NCBI RefSeq assembly: GCF_030144855.1
Contig: NC_082712.1
Span: 99,510,001 to 99,574,000, forward strand
Reading direction: 5' to 3'
Origin: Hypanus sabinus
Taxonomy: Eukaryota
Length of the DNA: 64,000 bases
The position numbers and the translations under genes are program-made. The notes below the pieces were generated by a model that was not told where the DNA came from, did not search any database, and saw nothing but the letters and a program-made list of their open reading frames with translations. Position 1 is the first letter of the stretch, and each line of letters opens with the position of its first letter. Shown here piece after piece: positions 1 to 12,505 of this stretch.

Positions 1-3000
1 CAGCGCTCTCTGCGGTTACCGCTGGAAACAGCGCTCTCTGCGGTTACCGCTGGAAACAGCGCTCTCTGCGGTTACACCTGGAAACAGCGCTCTCTGCGGT
101 TACCGCTGGAAACAGCGCTCTCTGCGTTTACAGCTGGAAACAGCACCCTCTGCGGTTACAGCTGGAAACAGCACCCTCTGCGGTTACACCTGGAAACAGC
201 GCTCTCTGCGTTTACAGCTGGAAACAGCGCTCTCTGCGGTTACAGCTGGAAACAGCACCCTCTGCGGTTACACCTGGAAACAGCGCTCTCTGTGTTTACA
301 GCTGGAAACAGCGCTCTCTGCGGTTACACCTGGAAACAGCGCTCTCTGCGTTTACAGCTGGAAACAGCGCTCTCTGCGGTTACAGCTGGAAACAGCGCTC
401 TCTGCGGTTACACCTGGAAACAGCGCTCTCTGCGGTTGCCGCTGGAAACAGCGCTCTCTGCGGTTGCCGCTGGAAACAGCACCCTCTGCGGTTACACCTG
501 GAAACAGCGCTCTCTGCGGTTACACCTGGAAACAGCGCTCTCTGCGGTTACAGCTGGAAACGGCGCTCTCTGCGGTTACACCTGGAAACGGCGCTCTCTG
601 CGGTTACGGCTGGAAACGGCGCTCTCTGCGGTTACACCTGGAAACGGCGCTCTCTGCGGTTACAGCTGGAAACAGCGCTCTCTGCGGTTACACCTGGAAA
701 CGGCGCTCTCTGCGGTTACAGCTGGAAACGGCGCTCTCTGCGGTTACACCTGGAAACGGCGCTCTCTGCGGTTACAGCTGGAAACAGCGCTCTCTGTGGT
801 TACACCTGGAAACAGCGCTCTCTGCGTTTACAGCTGGAAACGGCGCTCTCTGCGGTTACAGCTGGAAACGGCGCTCTCTGCGGTTACACCTGGAAACAGC
901 GCTCTCTGCAGTTGCCGCTGGAAACAGCGCTCTCTGCAGTTGCCGCTGGAAACAGCGCTCTCTGCAGTTACAGCTGGAAACAGCACTCTCTGCGGTTACA
1001 CCTGGAAACAGCGCTCTCTGCAGTTGCCGCTGGAAACAGCGCTCTCTGCAGTTGCCGCTGGAAACAGCGCTCTCTGCGGTTACAGCTGGAAACAGCACTC
1101 TCTGCGGTTACACCTGGAAACAGCGTTCTCTGCGGTTGCCGCTGGAAACAGCGCTCTCTGCGGTTACAGCTGGAAACAGCGCTCTCTGCGTTTACAGCTG
1201 GAAACAGCACCCTCTGCGGTTACACCTGGAAACAGCGCTCTCTGCGGTTACACCTGGAAACAGCACCCTCTGCGGTTACAGCTGGAAACAGCGCTCTCTG
1301 CGTTTACAGCTGGAAACAGTGCTCTCTGCAGTTACAGCTGGAAACAGCACCCTCTGCGGTTACAGCTGGAAACAGCGCTCTCTGCGTTTACAGCTGGAAA
1401 CGGCGCTCTCTGCGGTTGCCGCTGGGAACAGCGCTCTCTGTGGTTAACGCTGGAAACAGCGCTCTCTGCGGTTACACCTGGAAACAGCGCTCTCTGCGGT
1501 TGCCGCTGGAAACGGCGCTCTCTGCGGTTGCCGCTGGGAACAGCGCTCTCTGTGGTTACAGCTGGAAACAGCGCTCTCTGTGGTTACCGCTGGAAACAGT
1601 GCTCTCTGCGGTTACACCTGGAAACGGCGCTCTCTGCGGTTGCCGCTGGAAACAGCGCTCTCTGCGGTTACACCTGGAAACAGCACCCTCTGCGGTTACA
1701 GCTGGAAACAGCGCTCTCTGCGTTTACAGCTGGAAACAGTGCTCTCTGCAGTTACAGCTGGAAACAGCACCCTCTGCGGTTACAGCTGGAAACAGCGCTC
1801 TCTGCGTTTACAGCTGGAAACGGCGCTCTCTGCGGTTGCCGCTGGGAACAGCGCTCTCTGTGGTTAACGCTGGAAACAGCGCTCTCTGCGGTTACACCTG
1901 GAAACAGCGCTCTCTGCGGTTACACCTGGAAACAGCGCTCTCTGCGGTTACACCTGGAAACGGCGCTCTCTGCGGTTACAGCTGGAAACAGCGCTCTCTG
2001 CGGTTACACCTGGAAACGGCGCTCTCTGCGTTTACAGCTGGAAACAGCGCTCTCTGCGGTTACACCTGGAAACGGCGCTCTCTGCGGTTACAGCTGGAAA
2101 CAGCGCTCTCTGCGGTTACACCTGGAAACGGCGCTCTCTGCGTTTACAGCTGGAAACAGCGCTCTCTGCGTTTGCCGCTGGGAACGGCGCTCTCTGCGTT
2201 TGCCGCTGGGAACGGCGCTCTCTGCGGTTACAGCTGGAAACTGCGCTCTCTGCGGTTACAGCTGGGAACGGCGCTCTCTGCGTTTACAGCTGGAAACGGC
2301 GCTCTCTGCGTTTACAGCTGGAAACAGCGCTCTCTGCGGTTACAGCTGGAAACAGCGCTCTCTGCGGTTACACCTGGAAACGGCGCTCTCTGCGGTTACC
2401 GCTGGAAACGGCGCTCTCTGCGGTTACACCTGGAAACGGCGCTCTCTGCGTTTACAGCTGGAAACGGCGCTCTCTGCGTTTGCCGCTGGGAACGGCGCTC
2501 TCTGCGTTTACAGCTGGAAACGGCGCTCTCTGCGTTTACAGCTGGAAACGGCGCTCTCTGCGGTTACACCTGGAAACAGCGCTCTCTGCGTTTACCGCTG
2601 GAAACAGCGCTCTCTGCGGTTACAGCTGGAAACAGCGCTCTCTGCGGTTACCGCTGGAAACAGCGCTCTCTGCGGTTACCGCTGGAAACAGCGCTCTCTG
2701 CGGTTACACCTGGAAACAGCGCTCTCTGCGGTTACCGCTGGAAACAGCGCTCTCTGCGTTTACAGCTGGAAACAGCACCCTCTGCGGTTACAGCTGGAAA
2801 CAGCACCCTCTGCGGTTACACCTGGAAACAGCGCTCTCTGCGTTTACAGCTGGAAACAGCGCTCTCTGCGGTTACAGCTGGAAACAGCACCCTCTGCGGT
2901 TACACCTGGAAACAGCGCTCTCTGTGTTTACAGCTGGAAACAGCGCTCTCTGCGGTTACACCTGGAAACAGCGCTCTCTGCGTTTACAGCTGGAAACAGC

Positions 3001-6000
3001 GCTCTCTGCGGTTACAGCTGGAAACAGCGCTCTCTGCGGTTACACCTGGAAACAGCGCTCTCTGCGGTTGCCGCTGGAAACAGCGCTCTCTGCGGTTGCC
3101 GCTGGAAACAGCACCCTCTGCGGTTACACCTGGAAACAGCGCTCTCTGCGGTTACACCTGGAAACAGCGCTCTCTGCGGTTACAGCTGGAAACAGCGCTC
3201 TCTGCGGTTACACCTGGAAACGGCGCTCTCTGCGGTTACGGCTGGAAACGGCGCTCTCTGCGGTTACACCTGGAAACGGCGCTCTCTGCGGTTACAGCTG
3301 GAAACAGCGCTCTCTGCGGTTACACCTGGAAACGGCGCTCTCTGCGGTTACAGCTGGAAACGGCGCTCTCTGCGGTTACACCTGGAAACGGCGCTCTCTG
3401 CGGTTACAGCTGGAAACAGCGCTCTCTGTGGTTACACCTGGAAACAGCGCTCTCTGCGTTTACAGCTGGAAACGGCGCTCTCTGCGGTTACAGCTGGAAA
3501 CGGCGCTCTCTGCGGTTACACCTGGAAACAGCGCTCTCTGCAGTTGCCGCTGGAAACAGCGCTCTCTGCAGTTGCCGCTGGAAACAGCGCTCTCTGCAGT
3601 TACAGCTGGAAACAGCACTCTCTGCGGTTACACCTGGAAACAGCGCTCTCTGCAGTTGCCGCTGGAAACAGCGCTCTCTGCAGTTGCCGCTGGAAACAGC
3701 GCTCTCTGCGGTTACAGCTGGAAACAGCACTCTCTGCGGTTACACCTGGAAACAGCGTTCTCTGCGGTTGCCGCTGGAAACAGCGCTCTCTGCGGTTACA
3801 GCTGGAAACAGCGCTCTCTGCGTTTACAGCTGGAAACAGCACCCTCTGCGGTTACACCTGGAAACAGCGCTCTCTGCGGTTACACCTGGAAACAGCACCC
3901 TCTGCGGTTACAGCTGGAAACAGCGCTCTCTGCGTTTACAGCTGGAAACAGTGCTCTCTGCAGTTACAGCTGGAAACAGCACCCTCTGCGGTTACAGCTG
4001 GAAACAGCGCTCTCTGCGTTTACAGCTGGAAACGGCGCTCTCTGCGGTTGCCGCTGGGAACAGCGCTCTCTGTGGTTAACGCTGGAAACAGCGCTCTCTG
4101 CGGTTACACCTGGAAACAGCGCTCTCTGCGGTTGCCGCTGGAAACGGCGCTCTCTGCGGTTGCCGCTGGGAACAGCGCTCTCTGTGGTTACAGCTGGAAA
4201 CAGCGCTCTCTGTGGTTACCGCTGGAAACAGTGCTCTCTGTGGTTGCCCCTGGAAACAGCGCTCTCTGTGGTTACCGCTGGAAACAGCGCCCTCTGCGGT
4301 TACACCTGGAAACAGCGCTCTCTGCGGTTACACCTGGAAACAGCGCTCTCTGCGGTTGCCGCTGGAAACAGCGCTCTCTGCAGTTGCTGCTGGAAACAGC
4401 ACCCTCTGCGGTTACAGCTGGAAACAGCACACTCTGCGGTTACACCTGGAAACAGCGTTCTCTGCGGTTGCCGCTGGAAACAGCGCTCTCTGCGGTTACA
4501 GCTGGAAACAGCGCTCTCTGCGTTTACAGCTGGAAACAGCACCCTCTGCGGTTACAGCTGGAAACAGCGCTCTCTGCGTTTACAGCTGGAAACAGTGCTC
4601 TCTGCAGTTACAGCTGGAAACAGCACCCTCTGCGGTTACAGCTGGAAACAGCGCTCTCTGCGTTTACAGCTGGAAACGGCGCTCTCTGCGGTTGCCGCTG
4701 GGAACAGCGCTCTCTGTGGTTAACGCTGGAAACAGCGCTCTCTGCGGTTACACCTGGAAACAGCGCTCTCTGCGGTTGCCGCTGGAAACGGCGCTCTCTG
4801 CGGTTGCCGCTGGGAACAGTGCTCTCTGCGGTTACACCTGGAAACGGTGCTCTCTGCGGTTACACCTGGAAACGGCGCTCTCTGCGGTTGCCGCTGGAAA
4901 CAGCGCTCTCTGCGGTTACACCTGGAAACAGCGCTCTCTGCGGTTACACCTGGAAACGGCGCTCTCTGCGGTTACACCTGGAAACTACGCTCTCTGCGGT
5001 TACAGCTGGAAACAGCGCTCTCTGCGGTTACACCTGGAAACAGCGCTCTCTGCGTTTACAGCTGGAAACGGCGCTCTCTGCGGTTACAGCTGGAAACGGC
5101 GCTCTCTGCGGTTACACCTGGAAACAGCGCTCTCTGCGGTTACACCTGGAAACAGCGCTCTCTGCGGTTACACCTGGAAACGGCGCTCTCTGCGGTTACA
5201 GCTGGAAACAGCGCTCTCTGCGGTTACACCTGGAAACGGCGCTCTCTGCGGTTACACCTGGAAACAGCGCTCTCTGCGGTTGCCGCTGGAAACAGCACCC
5301 TCTGCGGTTACAGCTGGAAACAGCGCTCTCTGCGGTTACACCTGGAAACAGCGCTCTCTGCGGTTACACCTGGAAACGGCGCTCTCTGCGGTTACACCTG
5401 GAAACAGCGTTCTCTGCGGTTGCCGCTGGAAACAGCGCTCTCTGCGGTTACAGCTGGAAACAGCGCTCTCTGCGTTTACAGCTGGAAACAGCACCCTCTG
5501 CGGTTACAGCTGGAAACAGCGCTCTCTGCGGTTGCCGCTGGAAACAGCGCTCTCTGCAGTTACAGCTGGAAACGGCGCTCTCTGCGGTTGCCCCTGGAAA
5601 CAGCGCTCTCTGCGGTTACAGCTGGAAACGGCGCTCTCTGTGGTTGCCGCTGGGAACAGCGCTCTCTGCGGTTACACCTGGAAACAGCGCTCTCTGCGGT
5701 TGCCGCTGGAAACGGCGCTCTCTGCGGTTGCCGCTGGGAACAGCGCTCTCTGCGGTTACAGCTGGAAACAGCGCTCTCTGTGGTTACCGCTGGAAACAGT
5801 GCTCTCTGCGGTTACCGCTGGGAACAGAGCTCTCTGCGGTTGCCGCTGGGAACAGCGCTCTCTGTGGTTACCGCTGGAAACAGCGCTCTCTGTGGTTGCC
5901 GCTGGGAACAGCGCTCTCTGTGGTTACCGCTGGGAACAGAGCTCTCTGCGGTTGCCGCTGGGAACAGCGCTCTCTGTGGTTACCGCTGGAAACAGCGCTC

Positions 6001-6402
6001 TCTGCGGTTACACCTGGAAACAGCGCTCTCTGCGGCTACCGCTGGAAACAGCGCTCTCTGTGGTTGCCCCTGGAAACAGCGCTCTCTGTGGTTACCGCTG
6101 GAAACAGCGCCCTCTGCGGTTACACCTGGAAACAGCGCTCTCTGCGGTTACACCTGGAAACGGCGCTCTCTGTGGTTACACCTGGAAACAGCGCTCTCTG
6201 TGGTTACACCTGGAAACAGCGCTCTCTGCGGTTACAGCTGGAAACAGCGCTCTCTGTGGTTACACCTGGAAACAGCGCTCTCTGCGGTTACACCTGGAAA
6301 CAGCGCTCTCTGCGGTTACCGCTGGGAACAGCGCTCTCTGCGGTTACACCTGGAAACAGCGCTCTCTGCGGTTACCGCTGGAAACAGCGCTCTCTGCGGT
6401 TA
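1..6402. repeat. 28-bp tandem satellite/minisatellite, about 228 copies, runs off the left edge
   Basis: Unit CAGCGCTCTCTGCGGTTACA(C/G)CTGGAAA repeated head-to-tail with point variants and no spacers. Confidence 0.98.
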
Positions 6403-7250
6403 AAGCAGAGAACAACAATGACTGTAGCTTCACGACGATTCAGCCAGATTTTCATTCTCTCTCATATGTGCTCATTATTCGCCATCATTCTGTCTGCCAA
6501 CAACAGTAGTATCTCCTGCAGCTTAAGTATGGCAGTGGATGTGTATTTAACCACACTGCCGAGTATAAATCAAATGGAGCAGGGGGCTATACACAGAACA
6601 TTGTGGTGCACCTGTGTTGATGGTGATTGTGGAGAAGATATTGTTGCCAAACCAACTGACTTGCTGTGCAAGTGAGAAAATGAGGATCCATTTGCACAGG
6701 AATGTATCTATGCCTAGGTCTTGGAGCTTGTTGATTAGTTTTATGGTGATGATAGTGTTGAATGCCGAGCTGTAGTCGATGAGGAACACCCTGATGTACA
6801 CATCTTCACTGTGCAGGTGTTCCAGGGTTGAGTGAAGACCCCAATCGAATAGCATCTGCTGTTGACCTGTCGGCCAGTTGGAGCAGATCCAAGTCACTCC
6901 TCAGGCAGGCGTTGATATACTTTGTGGCCATACTCTCCAAGCACTTCATCATGGTGGATGTATTTGCTATTGGACGAAAGTCATTGAGGCAGATTTCCAA
7001 GTACTTTTTGAGAATAATTGAGAAAGATTTCCACATACTTTTTGGGCACCAGTATGATTGAAGCCTGCATGAAGCAGGCAGGCACCTGAGACTCCAGAAG
7101 TGAGAGTTTAAGGCTGTCAGTAAACACTCCATCCAATTGATTAGCACAGGTCATCAGTATTTGCTAGACTGATACTTCCCATTGATTCTCCCTCCTGAAG
7201 GATGCTCTCACATCGGCCTCAGGGATAGAAATTGCAAAAGGGTCAAGTTC
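6403..7250 (-). mobile_element. Rex1/Babar-type LINE reverse transcriptase fragment (degenerate)
   Basis: Broken frames give [25 protein letters not shown] and TGAPQ, which are Rex1-type RT motifs. Confidence 0.8.
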
Positions 7251-7427
7251 TTTGAGCAGTTGGGATGTCATGAGCCCTGTGGGTCGGCCTGTCCAGCTGT
7301 CTATCCAGAGTCGTCATGTCCTCGTGCTGCCTCTTTCATCTTGTCAGGTTTATTCTGACTGGCATGAGCTCTCAGTGTGTAGTGATTATTTAAAGCAGAA
7401 CTCTCAATTAGCACTCAGCGTAGCAAC

Positions 7428-7764
7428 TCGTGTGTGTAAGAGAGAGAGTGTGTGTCTGTGTGAAAATGTGTGTGAGAGTCTGTGAGTGAGTGTGTGTGTG
7501 TGAGTGTGTGAGAGTGTATGTGTGTGTGTGAGAGAGTGTGTGTCTGTGTGAAAACGTGTGTGAGAGTCTGTGAGTGAGTGTGTGAGTGTGTGTGTGTGAG
7601 TGTGTGAGAGTGTATGAGTGTGTGTGAGTGAGTGAGCGTGTATGAGTGTGTGAGAATGTGTGTGAGTGAGTGTGTGAGAGTCTATGTGTGTGTGTGTGTG
7701 TGTGTGAGTGTGTGAGAGTGTATGAGTGTGTGTGAGTGAGTGAGCGTGTATGAGTGTGTGAGAG

Positions 7765-7811
<47 letters not shown>

Positions 7812-7842
7812 TTGAGTGAGCATGTGTGAGTGTGAGTGTGTA
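7428..7842. repeat. Compound (GT)n/(GA)n microsatellite
   Basis: Direct reading. Confidence 0.95.
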
Positions 7843-8539
7843 TTTCCAGAATGATTCGTCTCTCAGTGTTACTTGGTGAAGCCACCAAAGTAAGGTTGGA
7901 GTTCTGATAAATAATCTTTTGTTTCTGTCTCAACATGGGAGTCTGTCGTTCCTCCACACCTGGGTTCAGATGTTAGTCAGCGCACTGGAAATTTGAGGTT
8001 GGTGGTGAGTGGTGCTAAGGGCTGGAGACAGGGACTAGGACACCAAGAGAGAGTAAGACAGTGAGGGAGAGGAGTGAGACTGGAAAAACTGCCCATCAGC
8101 TGCATTCCCTCTGGCAGAACGTTGTTTGGCATGACTTAGTGATTGGTTGATAAGTATTGTTTTGTTTACTTTTCAACTTCATTAACCATTTTTCTTTCTG
8201 TGTTTTATTTTTTATATAAAAAGGTCAGATTGTTCTTAGAGTAGGTTAAAGGGTTGGCACAGCATTGTGGGCCAAATAGCCTGAACTACGCTGTAGTATT
8301 TCATTAATTCTAGTAAAGGTAATTTGTTATCATCTTTAACATGTGAACAGTCTCATTTATTTGCAGAATCCTCTTGCTGCTGAATCAGTAAGAGAAAAAA
8401 CAAATTTAAAAATATTTCCATTATAACAATCCTATCATAGATTAATGATATAAATTCCTTAATCACACTTACACTGTGCTGACCCCTGAACTCACCATAT
8501 GTTGACTCCTGACCTAGACTCATCGCACAAGTTGCTAGG

Positions 8540-8985
8540 GTTGTTAAGAGGCCGTATTAGTCATGGGATTGAGTTCAAGAGCCCCAGGAAATGTTGCCGC
8601 TCTATAAAACCCTGGTTAGAATATGCTTGGGAAAGTATGATCAGTTCTAGTCACCTCATTTTAGGAAGGATGTGGAACTTTAGAAAGGGTACAGAATAGA
8701 TTAACCAGGACACTGCCTGGGTTAGAAAGAATGCCTCAGGAGAATAGGTTGAGTGAGCTAGACTGTTTGCCTTTGGAGTGAAGGAAGATGAGAGATGACT
8801 TGATTGAAACACCCTGCCAGGGTGGTGGTGGAGGCAGATATATTAGGGGCATTTAAGGAACTCTTAGTTAGGCACATGGATGATAGAAAACGGAGAGCAG
8901 TGTAGCAGAGAGGGGTTAGATTGAGCTTAGGCATACCATTATGGGCCAAAGGGCCTGTAATGTTCTGAATTGTTCTACGTCCTGT
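8540..8985 (+). mobile_element. Degenerate CR1 LINE 3' fragment
   Basis: Resembles the 3' ends of better preserved CR1 copies in this window (gggattgagttcaagagc ... gggccaaagggcctgt). Confidence 0.65.
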
Positions 8986-8995
8986 GTTAACAGGG

Positions 8996-9606
8996 TTCCC
9001 TGCTATAACTGGTTACTCCCTGCTGTAACTACTGAGGTTGTTGTTCCCTGTTGTAACTACAGAGATTGTTGTTCCCTGTTGTAACTACAGAGGTTGTTGT
9101 TCCCGCTGTAACTACAGAGGTTGTTGTTCCCTGTTGTAACTACAGAGGTTGTTGATCCCTGTTGTAACTACAGAGATTGTTGATCCCTGTTGTAACTACA
9201 GAGGTTGTTGTTCCCTGTTGTAACTACAGAGGTTGTTGTTCCTGCTGTAACTACAGAGGTTGTTGTTCCCTGTTGTAACTACAGAGGTTGTTGGTCCCAC
9301 TGTAACTACAGAGATTGTTGTTCCTGCCATAACTACAGACATTGTTGTTCCCTGTTGTAACTAGAGGTTGTTGTTCCTGCTGTAACTACAGAGGTTGTTG
9401 TTCCCTGTTGTAACTAGAGGTTGTTGTTCCCACTGTAACTACAGAGGTTGTTCCTTACTGTAGGTACAGAGGTTGTTGTTCCCTGCTGTAACTACAGAGA
9501 TTGTTGTTCCTGCCATAACTACAGACATTGTTGTTCCCTGTTGTAACTACAGCAGTTGTTTTCCCTGCTGTAACTACAGAGGTTGATCAGTGCTATAGCT
9601 ACTGAG
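8996..9606. repeat. 28-bp minisatellite, about 21 copies
   Basis: Unit GTTCCCTGTTGTAACTACAGAGGTTGTT with small indels. Confidence 0.93.
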
Positions 9607-9614
9607 GCAGCTGG

Positions 9615-10290
9615 ATAGATGGGTGGGGAGAGTGAGAGGGTTGTAGAGAGTGTTGGGGATATGGAGATGGGGAGTGAGACAGATCGGGATGGAGATAGAT
9701 GGGGTGGAGGGAGATGCAGAGAGATGGGAAGTGAAAGAGATTGGGAGAGGAGATGGGGACACAGGAAGATGGAGAGTGTGGGAGATGAGGAAGGGGAAAA
9801 TGGGGAGAGAGGCAAATAAGTAGAGAGTGGAAAATGTGAAGAGTGGGAGGGAGAGAGGAGGCGGCAAAAGATAGAGGGAAGTGATAGAGGGGAGAGATAG
9901 AGGGGACTGTTAGAGGGGAGAGATAGAGGGGAGAGATAGAGGGGAGTGATAGAGGGGAGAGATAGAGGGAAGTGATAGAGGGGAGAGATGGAGGGAAGTG
10001 ATAGAGGGGAGAGATAGAGGGGAGTGATAGAGGAGACTGATAGAGGGGAGAGATAGAGGGAAGTGATAGAGGGAAGTGATAGAAGGGAGTGATAGAGGGG
10101 ACTGATAGAGGAGAGTGACAGAGGGAACAGATAGAGGGAAGAGATAGAAGGGGGAAACAGATGAGGTGAGATAGAGCAGGAAAGAGAAAGGCTGATATAG
10201 GGAGCAATAGAGTTAGTGAGCGAAGGATAGAAAGATAGAGATGGAGAGGTAGAGAAAGGAAGAGAGATAGAGAGAGAGAGAAAGATAGCT
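9615..10290. repeat. Polypurine (GA-rich) low-complexity tract with GATAGAGGGGA-like units
   Basis: Direct reading. Confidence 0.9.
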
Positions 10291-10489
10291 AACTTGCTGG
10301 CAGTCACCTGTGTTTTGCTTCACCAATGGCTTATTGATAATTACTATTTTGTTTCTAATATTACTGCATTAGCCATTTATCTATCTTTCTGTATTTTATT
10401 CTTTATTTTAAAATTAGGCTTATCTTAGAGGTTTAAGGATCAGCACAACATTGTGGGCCAAAAGAGAAGGTTTGCACCTGAGCCCAAAG

Positions 10490-10968
10490 GTTACCAATAT
10501 CCTTGTGGGAAGATTTGCTAGATCCGTGAGGGAGTATTAGATTAATTTGGCAGGAGAATGGGAACTGGAGTAATAGGGCTGTGGATGGGCTGGTTGGGTT
10601 ACAAACAGGTGGTGTGCAGTTAGACTGCAAGCAAGCAGAGGCTGATGATAGGGCAAAATTGCAGTTAATGGGATCAGTTGCAATGTAAAAGGGGGTGAGA
10701 ATCGAAAGCTGTGATAAATGCCGGATCGAAGGTGCTATTTCTGAATGAGCACAGTATACTGAATAAGGTAGATGAACTTGTAGCACAGCTACAGATTGGC
10801 ATGAATGACGTTGTGGGCTTCATTGATTGTGGCTGAAAGAAGATTATAGCTGGGAGCTTAACGTACAAGGATACACACTGTGTCAAAAGGACAGGCAGGT
10901 ATGCAGACGGGAAGGTTGGCTCTGATGGTAAAAAAAATGAAATCAAATCATTAGAAAGAGGTGACATC
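10490..10968 (+). mobile_element. CR1 LINE fragment (ORF1 end and endonuclease start), degenerate
   Basis: Ends in an APE-endonuclease-like segment (KDRQV.. [16 protein letters not shown]). Confidence 0.6.
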
Positions 10969-11897
10969 AAGCTAGCTGGAGTGTTTGCTGACATCTTCAA
11001 CTGCTCCCTGCTTCAGTCTAAGATCCCCTCGTGTTTAAAGAAGGCAACGATAATCCTGGTGCTGAAGAAAATCAAGGTGGTATGCTTGAATGACTACCAA
11101 CCTGCGGCTCTAACATCAATTGCTATGAAGTGCTTCGAGCGATTGGTTATGGCACACATCAACCATAGCCTACCGGTCAACCTCGACGCTTTGCAATTCA
11201 CCTACCGGAGCAACAGGTCAACGGCAGATGCCATCTCTCTGGCACTACATTCCTCCTTAGAACACCTGGAGAATAAAGACGCATATGTAAGGCTCCTTTT
11301 CATTGACTACAGCTCTGCCTTTAATACCATCATTCCAAATAAATTGATTCCTAAGCTCCAGAATCCGGGTTTTAGCACTCAGATCTGCAGCTGGATCTTC
11401 AACTTCTTCACAGACAGGACCCAGGCTGTGAAAATAGGGGACAAGCTCTCCTCTACAATCACTCTGAGCACCGGTGCCCCACAAGGCTGTGTTCTCAGCC
11501 CCCTGCTGTACTCATGGTATGAAGACAATAACCTATCCCTCAACGTCAGCATGACGAAGGAATTGGTTGTTGACTTCAGAAGGAGTAGCGGACCGCACGA
11601 CCCCATCTACATCGGTGGTGCGCAGGTGGAACAGGCCAAGAGCTTTAAGTTCCTCGGTGTGAATATCACAAATGACCTGGCTTGGTCTAACCAAGCAGAG
11701 TCCACTGCCAAGAAGGCCCACCGGCGCCTTCACTTCCTGAGAAAGCTGAAGAAATTTGGCCCGTCCCATAAAACCCTCACTAATTTTTATAGATGCACCA
11801 TAGAAAGCATTCTTCCAGAGTGCATCACAAACCTGGTATGGAAGTTGTCCTGTCCAAGACCAGAAGAAGCTGCAGAAGATCGTGAACACAGCCCAGG
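10969..11897 (+). mobile_element. Rex1/Babar LINE RT fragment with internal deletion
   Basis: ORF 10981-11970 contains [42 protein letters not shown] and SFKFLGV; the YADD region is missing. Confidence 0.9.
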
Positions 11898-11899
11898 GA

Positions 11900-12255
11900 C
11901 AGGAGGCCTAGGGAGAAAGAAAGGGGGAGGGGAGGACCAGAGGGTTCCCTCTGGTGCTCCCGTCCCATGATCCTTTCCCTTCTCCAGCTCTGTATCACTT
12001 TCGCCAATCACCTTTCCAGCTCTTAGCTTCATCCCACCCCCTCCGGTCTTCTCCTAACATTTCGCATTTCTCCCTCCCCCTCCTACTTTCAAATCTCTTA
12101 GTATCTTTCCTTTCGGTTAGTCCTGACGAAGGGTCTCAGCCCAAAATGTCGACAGTGCTTCTCCCTATAGATGCTGCCTGGCCTGCTGTGTTCCACCAGC
12201 ATGTTGTGTGTGTTGTTGTTTGAATTTCCAGCATCTGCAGATTTCCTCGTGTTTG
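11900..12255 (+). mobile_element. Penelope-like element 3' end / pseudo-LTR
   Basis: Pyrimidine-rich stretch followed by cctgacgaagggtctcagcccaaaatgtcgac ... ccagcatctgcagatttcctcgtgt, shared with other copies in the window. Confidence 0.7.
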
Positions 12256-12505
12256 CACCTATCTTCATATCGTCCGCAAACTTTGCCGTAAGGTCATCAA
12301 TTCCATTATCTAGATCATTGACAAACAATGTCAAAAGTATCATTCCCAATACTGACCCCTGAGGAACAGCACTAGTCACTGGCATCCAACCAGAAAAGCC
12401 CCCTTTTATTCCTACTCACTGGCTCCTGCCTGTCAGCCATTCCTCTCTCCATGTCAGTATCTTTCCTGTTAACACCATAAAATGTTAGCTTGTTAAGTGG
12501 CCTCA
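12256..12505 (-). mobile_element. CR1 LINE RT fragment (host element, piece 3)
   Basis: VTSAVPQGSVLG...FVNDLD...KFADDMKIG. Confidence 0.85.

Noticed and set aside
292-6675. 2127-aa ORF and overlapping long ORFs
   Set aside because: By-product of a stop-free 28-bp unit; same peptide in all frames, non-ATG start, ends in an antisense LINE fragment.
7766-8400. Exon-like blocks near 7.9 kb and 8.3-8.4 kb
   Set aside because: Splice-like motifs occur on both strands but give no consistent frame or recognisable protein.
10981-11970. Functional reverse transcriptase gene or retron-like system
   Set aside because: Truncated Rex1 copy lacking the catalytic YADD segment. All RT fragments in the window are broken LINEs.
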